A stretch of DNA of 63,757 bases, filler included, from Reticulomyxa filosa (taxonomy: Eukaryota; Protista; Foraminifera), in assembly GCA_000512085.1 (NCBI GenBank). It is 19 parts of 19 records of this genome, joined end to end, with 100 filler letters (N's around TTAATTAATTAA, not from the genome) between each part and the next. Parts side by side here need not be neighbours in the genome. Positions count along the whole stretch, not along the records: positions 11,872 to 13,482 come from ASPP01032998.1; positions 13,583 to 16,149 come from ASPP01013969.1; positions 16,250 to 17,649 come from ASPP01037149.1; positions 17,750 to 21,650 come from ASPP01011426.1; positions 21,751 to 23,026 come from ASPP01023714.1; positions 23,127 to 24,162 come from ASPP01014864.1; 13 more parts are not named here. One strand, written 5' to 3'. The notes below the pieces were generated by a model that saw nothing but the letters and a program-made list of their open reading frames with translations, did not search any database and was not told where the DNA came from. This document shows, piece by piece, positions 11,772 to 24,087 of this stretch (positions within the stretch are counted from its first letter, which is position 1; every line of letters begins with the position of its first letter). The position numbers were made by a program, and so were the translations under genes.

Positions 11772-13582
11772 NNNNNNNNNNNNNNNNNNNNNNNNNNNNN
11801 NNNNNNNNNNNNNNNTTAATTAATTAANNNNNNNNNNNNNNNNNNNNNNNNNNNNNNNNNNNNNNNNNNNNAGGTGTCGACTAAATTTCAATGTCGCGAC
11901 CCAATGGAAAATTATAAATGAATGCGGCAATTTCAAGCAGTTGTAGTCCAAATTATCGTAAAGAGCGTTTGCAATCAACATATGCGCATTAAAGTCTCTG
12001 CGGATAATTATTGGCGAAGCAAGGCGCTGATAGATCGCAGTTCGACGACTTCTTTGATGCTAATGGAACAAGGGAACACTAGTCGTTATGAAAATTGAGC
12101 TAATTTTGTTAACGTAGAGATTAAGCACTCGTGCCGAAACTAGTCGTATGCGTGCGCACATGCACAACTTGGATTTTGAATCGTCAGCTCGTGAAACATT
12201 GAACATTGTTGATTAGTGAAGAAGGAGATAGAGTTTTTTGCATTTTCAGACTCTATATCGCTGCAAGAATTATGTGCCTTGGATTTGTAGAACAAGCACA
12301 CATTATCTTTGCTGAACTGCCTCCGGGATCGATTATTGACTAGTGACGGCGTGTCGGATGGCAATCAAGAAAGCAAGAAAGCAAGAGAGCAAGAAAGAAG
12401 AGCAAGAGCGAATACTATCAAAAAAAGGATGTACAAATGATCCCCTCACTTATCTGATCATCAATCCAAAAGTTGTTGAATAAACACATTGAGAATTTCC
12501 AGCAAACGACATTATCCAAGGCCAAAACGTGTCTCTCATTACAATGGCGACAAGATCAGATGAATTTGGTATTTCAGAAAATATCAATCACATTGACTGC
12601 ATTTGAACAGTTGAAAAAAATTATCACAGTTCAATCATCGACGATCAGGATCTTGGTGATGTCTGACTACGAAGACAAGTTCATCAAAAAGAAAGAAAAA
12701 AAAATATGTGATAATATCATTCAAAGCGGAAACGATATCAATATTGGCGGTATCGCAACAACAGCAGCGACTGGATTGGTAGAAAAAATGGAAGACAAAC
12801 AAGAAAAGGACGCGGACGTTATATGAAATAAATAAGCACACATGATAATCGAGTGAGCCACTCTCACATGAAACTATCCTTCTGATATTGTTGCTCAATT
12901 TGGTGGAAATTCAAGCCAACATCACCATAATAGAAAGAGGGTCCCGAGGGTATCGTGTTGGATTTGTTTTAAAACATAAAAAAGGTCGCCTATCAACTTT
13001 ACTTCAGTTATGAATGCTCTTCATCCCCACAGTAGCGGATTTGCGCACTCTTATTCATGGACTAATTTCACATAATGCGCACCCAATGGCAGATGTGACA
13101 ATGTCAAGTGCAGCTCTAGTAATGCTTGTAATGACGACGACGAAACGCAATCCATATCATGTCTTACTCATTTGTCAATTGTTTCAATATATTGGACTGG
13201 TGTTGTGCGCGTCAATATTTGTGTGCCAATGCTATATTCCACGATTTGATTTTGGTGCGCACGGAAAAGCTAATGTTGTTGCGCATTTGTTATAAAAAAC
13301 AACAACATCATGCCAGTCGATAATTGGATCGACGATTCAAAAGTCGCTCAATTATTTGACAAATCAAGATAAAAGCATGGATATTGGCAATGTGTTGGCC
13401 CTGCTGAGTGGATATACGAACAACATTTTGTACCCTCCCCTCCCAAAGACGTCGTCGCTATGGCTATGAATTGTTTGGTTGCNNNNNNNNNNNNNNNNNN
13501 NNNNNNNNNNNNNNNNNNNNNNNNNNTTAATTAATTAANNNNNNNNNNNNNNNNNNNNNNNNNNNNNNNNNNNNNNNNNNNN

Positions 13583-13594
13583 CATATATACATA

Positions 13595-13632
<38 letters not shown>

Positions 13633-14375
13633 TAAAAAAAACAAATGCAACGCAACAGAGTCTTTCAATTTGAAAACAAACAAGACATGTTTGCAATGTA
13701 GTTTGTGAGAAATATTTTGAATGGAAGACCGACTTTTGCTTTGAGCGTGATGAATGAGGTTATTTTTGAAAAGGTTTTTGTGCGAGGTGTTGGGAAAAGA
13801 TTCTTCGGTGATAATGGGTTGAAAGCGGATGGATTTGAAAGGAGTTCTGTTGTTATCGACCATGGGCGTGAAGACCATCGGAGTGGCCATGGCCGTGGCA
13901 GGGGTGGTAACAGCAGTGTTGGTGGCGGTGGCCCCGACAGTGGCCCCTCCAGTGCTGGTGGTGGTGGCCGTGGTCGGCGTGGCGCTCAAGAATTTGTTTT
14001 TTTCGGCGATGAACTTCTCGTAGTTGAAGCGATATTTGTATTTGATTTTCAAGCGCAGACGATGTCGTCCCTTGTCGACTTTGCAATTGAGCTCTTTGCA
14101 CTTTACTGCGTGGGTATTGTTGTGCCGGAGATTCTCGTAGTGCAGCGCCGTCACGATCATGTCGCACACCTGCTTGAGGTCTTTGAAGTAATGTTCGAAT
14201 GGCAGCAGATGAACGGCTGGCAGAAACCATTTGCGACGAGCATTGACATCTCTTACCACGATATACATTTCATCATTTTTGCCTTGTCCAAATTGACGAT
14301 TGCGATCATTGTTATTGTTATTATTATTATTATTGTTATTATTATTATTATTATTATTATTGTTATTATTATTAA

Positions 14376-14416
<41 letters not shown>

Positions 14417-15192
14417 GTATTGGCAGTCAACATGGATATATTATCTTGACTATATTCCATTTCGGCGTTTTCGTCCATAGTCACCGTCTCCAGATCTTTG
14501 GATGGTCCCATTCTCCATTCCATGAGATACTTGTTGTTCCAATATGGTCCCAAAGCATTGTTCCATTGGTAGTCTCGTATCCACGGCGCCGACTCCTTCT
14601 TCTCTTCGTTTGCTTCGTTGGCCGACTTGGACTGTCCATTCGCACCGTTGGCGTTATCGTTGCTCCCGTTCGTGTCGTTGCCGTTGGCGTTGTTCCAACC
14701 CTGCGACTTACGGTTTTTCTCTTTGCTAATCTCCGATGCCACTTCTGTCTCTGGCAACTTGAAGTTGTAACGCACCCATGCTCTTCGCTTATTCTTTGCC
14801 ACTTTCAAGTTTATCGTCTTCTTCACCTTGTTCAAACGGATCTTACATTTGATGTGCAGACGATTCACGCCGCTCTCTTTCGTCTCCGGATCGTCTTCTG
14901 ACTCCAGCTTCACTGTCACGCTGGCATCCTGATGATCGATGCTTCCATTCATCATCGACTCAAAAAATTGCATCACTTCTTCTATCGATTCAAATTTTAT
15001 CAACTTGTTCTTCTCCGATGAAAACTTTTTTATACTGTATGTCCCGCAGTACACCTTCTGCGATTGCAAATTCTCCGCTACCATCAACAGCGTATTGTCC
15101 AAGGCTCGCATTCGTAACTCATAGTCTTCTCCTTCTTCATTTGACAAATGAACTACTTTATCCCTCTTGCTCTGTGTTCTTTGATGCGACAT
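13583..15192 (-). CDS. Hypothetical protein with poly-Asn and Thr/Ala-rich tracts, 3' partial
   Basis: Long ATG-initiated ORF with coding-like composition. No family recognised. Confidence 0.7.
14307..14415. repeat. (ATT/GTT)n coding microsatellite (poly-Asn)
   Basis: Triplet run encoding about 35 Asn on the minus strand. Confidence 0.95.
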
Positions 15193-15453
15193 GACAAAGA
15201 TTCTAAGATTATTATTATATTATTATTATTGCTATTATTATTACAAGGGGCAATAAGGCGTTAAAAAAATAAAATAAAAATAAAACACGTGATTCATGTT
15301 CATCTCTGATTTTTTTTTTTTTTTTGAAGCGCTGGGACATTTTAAAAAAATAGGAGAGTGCGAGATGAACAATGCAAGCTCATAGTAAAAAAAAAAACCG
15401 ACATTGCAAAACAAAATAACAACAAAACACGGTAAAGCACTGTTACACAGTGC

Positions 15454-16049
15454 TTAAAAGTCTGTAACTTTACCAACTTCGTCACAATGTTCATGTAACA
15501 TAACATAGAGCTGTGTTAAACTGGATTTTTCCAAATTCCAAGCGTGGTCCAACTGAGGGTTGGATGGCCACCAGTACTGTCGCATGAGGGAATATATATC
15601 GTGCATTTGATCTTGAATGTCCGAATACTCATGGTACATATTTGCACAAACAATTAGCCAAAGTTTAACCACGTAATCAAAACTCGGATTCCAGTTGTAA
15701 TATTCCCATGGCTTTGTGTGTATCAACAACCACAAAAACGCATATATTATATATATATGTAAATATGTACGTACAATTTATATAAAAAGCAAATAACAAA
15801 ACTTTGGCAGTTCCATAACAAACTAAATGAACCGAATCAACAGAATCGACGGATTGCTTGGAATTCATTCGCTCGGAATTGATGACCTGTGCAAATGTGT
15901 CTGGAAAGGATTTGAAAGTGCCATATTTGCTGACAATCAATGACGATATTTGAACGGGTGACATGGTCTCGCTTGCGCTGGAAAGCAACGCACTGTACAC
16001 TTGATGATTCGGTTTATCAGCATTGCACATGGTCTTTTCACATTTGACA
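15454..16049 (-). CDS. Hypothetical helical-repeat (possibly PPR-like) protein, 3' part
   Basis: Two exon-like ORFs. KPNHQVYSALLSSA resembles a PPR motif; weak evidence. Confidence 0.4.
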
Positions 16050-17119
16050 CCAAACAAACAAATAAATAAGTAAGTCGATTTAAATACAACTAAATGACAT
16101 TTTATTATATGTATATATATATATATGTACATATATATATATATATATANNNNNNNNNNNNNNNNNNNNNNNNNNNNNNNNNNNNNNNNNNNNTTAATTA
16201 ATTAANNNNNNNNNNNNNNNNNNNNNNNNNNNNNNNNNNNNNNNNNNNNTCCTTTCTGTGGAAATTCGCAAAAATTTTGAAAAAACTGTTTTAGGTTCCA
16301 ATCTGCGCGTGCTAAGCTTTTTGATTTTGATTCTACTCGATATTTGAATATTTCTGTCATTCTTGTAAAGATAAGAATAAGATGGTAGATAATAGGTATG
16401 AAAGGCAAAAATTCTAAAACTTTTTTTTATGTTTTTTTTTGGAGAAAAAAATTCTAGGTTTGAAAGCCCTTTTAAAAAACAAATTTCATCAAAACCACTA
16501 AAAAATGATGATGCAGCCATTGGATTATATGTCCCATGACTGAATCGTATTGCACTCATTTTAATTTCATTGTGACTTCTATTGGGTGTGAAGCAGTTTA
16601 TTTTGATTTATTTGAAACAGTGCATTGTTTCTCTTAAATTTCTTCTATGAAATGAATAGCACGTGAAAAAAGTTAAAAATTTTCCCCGTTTCAATGTATC
16701 GTAAAACTTCTTCCAAACGGAGTTTACAAGGCTGATTCTGGACTCAAAATATAAGTTAGATATTCTAAAGAAGTTGTCAGAAATTGCAAACGCGTGCTTG
16801 CGCTAAAGTTTTTTTTAATCAAAGCAGAAACCATAATTTTATAAAAATACTTTCAAACGAATGTTATAATTGGTGGTACTACTAAGAAAAATTGACATTT
16901 TTACTCTTCAGAAACTCACAAATCTCTTTAAAAAGTGTTTCAAAAAATTACAAAAGGTAATATTTCGAATTGGAAAGAAACATATGTATTAGTCTATCTT
17001 TTACTTTGTCTTTCAATTTAAGAAATGATAAAACTTTGACATCAATTCTTACTTTCAAGTAAATTAACTCTTTTATTTTTTTTTATGCTTCTTCAAAATT
17101 TAGTTCATCAATGTATTTC

Positions 17120-17345
17120 ATATTGATTTTATCAAAATCATCGATCATACTAATTTTATCTTTAAAATTCGAATCCAATATTCAATAATAGATATGATTT
17201 CATTTTTTGACTGTTTATAATTTATTTGTCAATCGTTTCATACAATAAAATATATTCTGGTTTCATCAAAATAAATAAACAAATCATCACCAATTGTTAA
17301 ACATCACACGCAATTTAGCCTTCATGTAAGTTGATAATGGTATCT
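17120..17345 (-). pseudogene. Decayed 3' end of a Kelch-family gene
   Basis: Paralogous to 4957-5170 (SKNEIISIIEYWIRILKIKL...IDDFDKI) with a frameshift/stop. Same intron position. Confidence 0.75.
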
Positions 17346-17480
17346 TTTTGCAAAAACGCTAAACATTAATGATAAAATATGTTAACACAATAACACAAAA
17401 TCTTTTCAAGCGCAATCACTACTAAAACAAATCTTTTCATTTTCACCAACAACCTGATTATGCATGCACATTTAAAAAAA

Positions 17481-17581
17481 AGGAAAGGAAGGAAAAAGAA
17501 AAAAAGAAAAAGTTAAATCAGGCGGCGCCTTCAGGCGCCGCCCGAACTAACATTTTCTTTTTGCTTTTGTCTTCCTTTCCT
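17481..17581. repeat. Imperfect ~100-bp palindrome with GC-rich core hairpin
   Basis: GGCGGCGCC-TTCA-GGCGCCGCC (17521-17542), with outer arms AGGAAAGGAAG (17481-17491) and CTTCCTTTCCT (17571-17581) on the same axis. Confidence 0.85.
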
Positions 17582-17749
17582 TTTCTTTAGCTTTCCAAGT
17601 TCTAAAAAAGTGTGTTTTTGGTATATCTTTTGAAATGTCAACTGTATCGNNNNNNNNNNNNNNNNNNNNNNNNNNNNNNNNNNNNNNNNNNNNTTAATTA
17701 ATTAANNNNNNNNNNNNNNNNNNNNNNNNNNNNNNNNNNNNNNNNNNNN

Positions 17750-17790
<41 letters not shown>

Positions 17791-17869
17791 GATAAAGAGG
17801 AAAAAAAGTTTTTTTTAATAAAAAAAAAAGGAGACCAGAGGGGGGTGCGAAAAATATACGTTACACAAC

Positions 17870-19107
17870 AGCGTATATTTATGAAGTCTCTAAGGCCTGG
17901 GAGTTTGTATACTGGGCATTTGTGATATCAGTGGTAATGTTTAATTTGGGTTTGGTGATATTGCTGCACCGTCGACCAGCGATTGATAATTTTGGATGTC
18001 GAGAAGAGTTGACGTGGTATTTTATAATTATTGTCATTTGGACGGTGCCAACATTGCCTGTGTTGTTAGCTGTTATTGATAATCCTTGGGAACAAGGTGC
18101 TTATGTGATGGTGGTGATTAGTGGGATTGTCACTTCGCTTGATGTGTACATTATGCGTTTGGCCATTCGCTGTTTTGTGATCTTCTTTGAATCACTTTGT
18201 TGTTTGCACTTTTGAGACGTGCTCTTATAATTTTTTTTTTTTTTTTTTAAATTTATTTATGTAGACGTAAAAAAAAAAAAAACCTACCACATGTACGCAT
18301 ACACAAACAATTTTTTTTTTTTTTTTAGATGCAACGGATAACCCTCAAATGATGAGCGGGTCTCATGGCGATTCTGTGGTAAATTTGGTGCACACGGAGA
18401 ATACTGAGGAGAAAGGGTTATCGCTAATTGATGTCGTTCGAAGTGATGCTGGATTGTCATTGTTTGCGGCCTATTTGGTGAGAGAATATGCACATGAAAG
18501 CATATTGTTCATATTGGAAGTGTTTCAATTTCGAAAACAATTTAAACATTTACAAACTGTTCGTGATGACGATAGTCCAGAATTTCAGATTAGTGACTAT
18601 GTTCCAAAGTGTCGAACACTAACCGAAAATCCGGACGATTTTTACAAACAAGCAGAGGTTATTCGAAATCGCTTTATTCCATATTCAAGCAACTTATGCA
18701 TTAATATCAGCTCTTCGATGCGTAAAGATCTCGAAAACCTCAATTTTCACGACTTGGAAGTTGAGCAATTGGCCATAGTGTTTGACGACGCATACAAAAG
18801 AATATTTTCTTTGCTGAGGGATCCCTTTCTTCGATTCCGTGAGACCTATGAATATCAAGCTTTGCTTAAAGAGACAAAGCCGACGTCTTCTGGTACGCAC
18901 CCTTCTCACAACACTTCCTTAAGCGTTCCATCACCAGATTCTAAACCACGGTTGTCTGAAGACATCAACGTCAACTTGTTTCAATTTATACAAGCTCAAA
19001 ACGATGACAAAATTCATAATGCGCTGAAATCGGTTGGTGATTGTTTTGTAAATTGCTGCACATCTCGACAACAGCCAGCTAAATCTCGAACAAGCACGTT
19101 TACTTAA
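17870..19107 (+). CDS. Transmembrane RGS protein (7TM-RGS type), 3' part
   Basis: Hydrophobic helices followed by an RGS box: GLSLFAAYLVREYAHESILFILEV...FIPYSSNLCINISS...VFDDAYKRIFSLLRDPFLRFRET. Confidence 0.88.
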
Positions 19108-19797
19108 ACAGAGATTAGGTCGCCCCTTTTTTTTTTCTCTTCTTTTTGCCTTGTTTGTATCTGTCCTTCTTGTGTTCCTACTGTATACTTGTGAGTTGAA
19201 ATATTTGTCTGATGAGAAATTTGAACACGGTATTATGGTGTCATATGCACACACTACTGTACATGTTGAAAGTGAAGATTATTTCCCCTCCCTCCCTCCT
19301 TTTTTTTATGGCCAGCTTCACTTCTCTCTTTTTATTTGATCTTTTCACATCCCAAATTGGTATAGAGATTTTAAAAAGGCTAGTATTAGTGAGAAGAAGA
19401 GTGTTTTACTTAATCTGGAAAGTCATTTTTTTCTCCTTTGTTTTGTTGCAAATTTTTACTATCTCAAAACACTAACTCTTCATAAATTCATTATCTGGCT
19501 CTGTATTGTAACAATGAGTAAATGTTTTTTATTCGTCAGAGGAAGTATGGACTTCTTTTGAAGACTTTCTTCATATATGCCACTTGTAGAAAGAAATAAA
19601 AGTCAATTTCTTATTTCAAATTCGTAATGCTGTCGGTTTATCGATTACAATCTTTTTTATTTTCAAACAGAAGAACATGCAAATTTTTGTACTTTAGACA
19701 GTACAAGTTGTATCGGAGTTTTGAAACAAGGAGGGGAGGCGTGAATTGTATTCCTTCTTGAAACTACAAGAAAAGGGAAAGCAAGATCAACACATTG

Positions 19798-21522
19798 ATG
19801 TCAGAAGCACAATCTACAGACACACAGAATAGTGCTTCTGTTGTTTCGCCAACCACCACAAATCCTCGTCTCTGTGAATATTTTGCAGTTCTGGGGTTGG
19901 AACAAACTGATCTCTCTTTGTCATTTAAGGCCCAGGTCTCGATCGATTCGAAAGGTACCCAGCAAAAAAAAAGATGGATTTAAGACTTGGAGAAGTGTAT
20001 ATGGGGAAGAAGAGGGGATTGCATAGCCTTAAAAAAAAAAGCCCTCCATACAAACAATAAAAATTGAAAGATGTAGGATTTCGACCGATCGTGAAATATG
20101 TATACAATGGAAAGAGAATTGGAACAACGACAACGACGACGACACAATCGACGTTGCCACCATTAGCACAAAGAACAAGTAGCATAAAGAAGAGCAATAA
20201 TAGTTTGAACGTAGTGGAATTAACGCCGGAACAAATACAAGAGGAATGCGAAATATTGATGCAAATACGAAAATATTGTTTTCCAGATCTGACAGATATC
20301 ATAAACAAATCCCTTGCAGTAATGGATAAATTTCGAACAGGGAGCAAGTGTTATCAAGCATTGTTCGAACACTCATTGCAATCAGAAAAATTTGACTTTG
20401 TGCTTGCTAGACCCGGTTCGCAAAGGTTGTATGGGCATTGTCGACGAATTTATAACATTTCAGGTTTGTTTTTAAACATATATGTGTATATAATAAAGTA
20501 ACATATACATGAACATATACATGAACATATACATGAACATATACATGAACATATACATAAACATATACATATACATCTACTTTAAGCTTGTTTTGATATA
20601 TTTTTTCTTATGTTAAAAAAAAAAAAAAAAAAAAAAAAGAAAAATGAAAGCTCTCTTCAAATGCCCATTTGCTTATGTTTGATTTCCAAGTATCAATTTT
20701 TATTGCTGTTTGATCAAATAATGGACCACGTATTGGCAAGGTGGCTGTGTTCTCCGGAAGCCATCTTCCCCTTTCTTGACAGTCTTCTCATGCATCCCAC
20801 CCCCTCTTTGGGTGACATACTCCATGTGGAGATCAAGTCACAATTTCCAAATGTCCCCAATGACGTCACCATGTTGTGGCTGCACGATACTCATAATATT
20901 TCCTTGCGACCTTTATTCATGTGTTTGTCCATCGACATCATCATTCTGTTGTTATCATGCATTCTGACAGAAAAAAAGTTTGTGCATTAAATTACACACA
21001 TATTTGTATACATATATACGTATACAAATATATGTATATGTACACATCTCTATTGTGCCATTTTTGTATTCGATGACACACTTATTCTCAGAATAGTGTT
21101 TGTGAGCCAATCTTTGGAGAAATTGAGTGGCTGTATTTATGGGATTGTGGCCATACTTTATCCATTTCGCTGGCCTCATTTACTTGTTCCGATATTGCCA
21201 GAATCACTACTAAATTACCTAAATGCTCCACTCCCTTTCATCGTTGGGTTGAAGGCGTACTTGGTGCCCTATTTGGACCGCTATTCCATGAAGAAATGCT
21301 GATGGTCGACTTGGATAACAATAGCATGAAGTCAAGTTACAAAGCGCCGCTGTTGAAACTGCCCTACGAACCGACGTGGAAGCTAAAACGCGAATTGATA
21401 CGACTCGTCAAAAAATCCAAGGAACTGCTGGCTGCGAAAGATAGCAGCACCGCTGCAAATCAGTCACAAAGTGCTTCCAGCCTTAAGACCAAGACCTTAA
21501 AAATTTTTGAAAATGTTCATGG
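19798..21522 (+). CDS. DENN-domain Rab GEF, multi-exon, 3' partial
   Basis: LCEYFAVLG, KYCFPD, FVLARPGSQRLYGHCRR, ICLCLISKY and LYPFRWPHLLVPILPESLLNYLNAPLPFIVG, then VDLDNN. A 1-nt frameshift near 21290. Confidence 0.92.
20501..20570. repeat. Intronic 12-bp tandem repeat (ACATATACATGA)n
   Basis: Four exact copies plus two variants. Confidence 0.9.
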
Positions 21523-21750
21523 TGAACGTTCATTTTTTTTTTTTTTGATATATTATTTGTGTGGTCCCCCCCTCATTTTAATCATCACTGTTTGAGGTTC
21601 AATGCAAGAGGGGGAGGGAGGGGGGGGGGGGGGGTCTTTTCTGTCCATTTNNNNNNNNNNNNNNNNNNNNNNNNNNNNNNNNNNNNNNNNNNNNTTAATT
21701 AATTAANNNNNNNNNNNNNNNNNNNNNNNNNNNNNNNNNNNNNNNNNNNN

Positions 21751-21944
21751 GCGAGCGTGTGATGCAGCCAGCCATGCCATTCGGCCGGAACGCGCGAAGC
21801 TTCGGCGGCGCCGTTGTACATGACCCACCGCTTGCGCCGCATGCCGGGAACGACGCGCTTGTCCTGAAAGTAGCGGTTGCCTTCCGCATCCGTGCCGACG
21901 AGGTCGCCGCGCATCTTCGTGAAGAGCCAAGTACCGATGATCAT
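21751..21944 (-). CDS. Bacterial NADH:ubiquinone oxidoreductase 17.2-kDa subunit (NDUFA12 family), 3' partial
   Basis: MIIGTWLFTKMRGDLVGTDAEGNRYF...RRKRWVMYNGAAEASRVPAEWHGWLHH is the family signature. GC-rich and intronless. Confidence 0.92.
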
Positions 21945-22123
21945 GAACCAACCACTTCGTAGGTGATGCGCGCTTGTACGCGGGCGCTTCGACGCGTGCA
22001 ACGCGACGCGAGCGACCGGCAATTCGTGTCGTTCGACGACTGGCGAACAGAGCGATTCGATCAACTGTTGCGCTCTTGCATCATCTAGTACCATCAACAG
22101 GTCGGTCTCAAAATTAGTTGCAA

Positions 22124-22170
22124 GCACAAGATTTTGTAATTTACTATCATCTCGTGCCCATATGTGCGTG
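22124..22170 (+). promoter_or_regulatory. Tandem NrdR boxes upstream of nrdJ
   Basis: GCACAAGATTTTGTAA (22124-22139) and weaker TGCCCATATGTGCGTG (22155-22170) compared with consensus acaCwAtATaTwGtgt. Start-to-start spacing is 31 bp. Confidence 0.7.
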
Positions 22171-22238
22171 TTCGATTTTGCATCGAGCACCCCCCGCGAC
22201 AGGGAACCAGTGACGGGAGTGGGCACGGGGGATCGTCG

Positions 22239-23026
22239 ATGCGCTTCGAGCGTCGGTATACGCAAGTAGGAAAATCGCCATTCGCAGGGATGGCTTTTCG
22301 TGTTGCCAACTCCGAAATTCGCAATCCTGACGGCTCGATCGTCTTTCAGTTGAAGAATATCGACGTGCCGTCGGCGTGGTCGCAGGTTGCGTCCGACGTT
22401 CTCGCCCAGAAGTATTTCCGTCGCGCCGGCGTGCCCGCGCGCATGATTCGCGTCGCCGAAGCCGACATGCCCGAATGGCTGTGGCGTTCGATCCCTGACG
22501 AAGCCGCCCTCGCCGCGATGCCGGAGGCCCACCGTTTCGGCAGCGAGACCAGCGCGCGTCAGGTTTTCCATCGCATGGCCGGCGCCTGGACCTACTGGGG
22601 CTGGAAAGGCGGATACTTCGACAGCGAGGAAGACGCCCGCTCCTTCTACGACGAGCAGTGCTTCATGCTCGCGGCGCAGATCTGTGCACCGAACTCGCCG
22701 CAATGGTTCAACACCGGATTGCACTGGGCCTACGGCATCGACGGCCCCGGCCAGGGCCACTGGTTCGTCGATCATCTCGATGGCGAAGCCTGTCCGTCGG
22801 GCTCCGCCTATGAACGGCCGCAGCCGCATGCCTGCTTCATTCAGAGCGTCTCCGATGATCTGGTGAACGAAGGCGGCATCATGGATCTGTGGATCCGCGA
22901 AGCACGTCTCTTCAAATACGGCTCCGGTACGGGCTCCAACTTCTCGCGCGTGCGCGGCGAAGGCGAGAAGCTCTCGGGGGGCGGGGCATCGTCCGGCCTA
23001 ATGTCGTTCCTGAAGATCGGCGATCG
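22239..23026 (+). CDS. nrdJ: Adenosylcobalamin-dependent (class II) ribonucleotide reductase, 5' part
   Basis: MRFERRYT...SEIRNPDGS...WSQVASDVLAQKYFR, APNSPQWFNTGLHWAYGI, PQPHACFIQSV and EARLFKYGSGTGSNFS. GGGGGA ribosome-binding site before ATG 22239. Confidence 0.96.
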
Positions 23027-23285
23027 NNNNNNNNNNNNNNNNNNNNNNNNNNNNNNNNNNNNNNNNNNNNTTAATTAATTAANNNNNNNNNNNNNNNNNN
23101 NNNNNNNNNNNNNNNNNNNNNNNNNNAAAAAAAAAATGAAGTTGAAAGCCCCTGCAACTTTTCTGTAGCCTGAAACTGAAGTTTATTAAAAAACTTCTCC
23201 TGAAACAGCTGCTTAGTACTACGTGACTGTGGGGAAAGGTGGTCAAGAGAACTCAAAAAAAGGTACCTTTTTCTCTTGAAAAGAA

Positions 23286-24087
23286 ATGCGTTTGTGTTAC
23301 TTTGCTTTCCTTGCGGTGACTCTACTGGGACATTTTGGGGCTTCAATATTTACTCCCGGTTCGACTGATCTGCCAAATGCTATTAGCTATCACGTAACAG
23401 CTGCCGTGGGGGACGAAATAATCGTTGCCGGCGGATACCTAACAGATAGCGGTTGGTAACTTTTTGTGAGGAGAAGAAAAAAAAAAAAAAGGTAAAAATT
23501 CGCTGTGTAATTGCTGTTCCCTCAAACAAAAAAAAATTTAATCGTGCGTAGGAGAATACAACAGCGCGATATATCAATTGAATATTTCAGCAGCAGCGAA
23601 CAACAGAACATTGATTGGATCATTATCGTGGCAAACCAATGTATCGAATGTACCGAGCGTACTCAATGAAAAGGTTTTCATCGGTCAAGTGTCAGTCAAC
23701 ATTGACGACACAGTCTATGTATACGATGAGCATACGTCTTCCTGTTACGTGTGCATGAAGAGAGAGAGAACAGAAAAGAGGGATTGTTCCAAAAAACCTA
23801 AGACACATACAAAACAAAAACAAACAACAACAACAATAAAAAATACGAATTGGGTGTACTCTTTTTAGTTATAATTTACAACGCAAGTAAATCAGCTGAG
23901 TGGTATCGATCAGCACCATTCAACTTGAGCACCAGTGGCATTAATCAATTGCAAGACACTTGTGTGGCATTCAATGCGGTAAATGAATCCATCATTGTCT
24001 TTGGACACAACGCTAGCCATTCTTATTTGTTGGAATACACGCCATTATCAAACTCGTGGGGATATTCTTTTGGAACTATTCCAAGCG
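23286..24087 (+). CDS. Secreted/surface Kelch-like glycoprotein, 3' partial
   Basis: Exon 1 is absent from the ORF track: MRLCYFAFLAVTLLGHFGAS (signal peptide)...LPNAISYHVTAAVGDEIIVAGGY. Intron 23452-23551 joins in frame to GEYNSAIYQLNIS. Many N-x-S/T sequons. Confidence 0.7.

Noticed and set aside
11872-13482. Possible decayed ankyrin-repeat gene (GAHGKANVVAHLL)
   Set aside because: A single weak motif amid many stops; cannot be supported.
13705-14901. 398-aa plus ORF with poly-Ile (also the ORFs at 62794-63393 and 41454-42224)
   Set aside because: Antisense shadows of real genes or microsatellites.
20501-20570. CRISPR-like repeat
   Set aside because: Head-to-tail intronic minisatellite with no spacers. 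No CRISPR array or cas gene was seen in the window.
21699-22829. 376-aa minus-strand ORF
   Set aside because: Antisense shadow of nrdJ running into the NDUFA12-like gene. Only 21944 downward is real.
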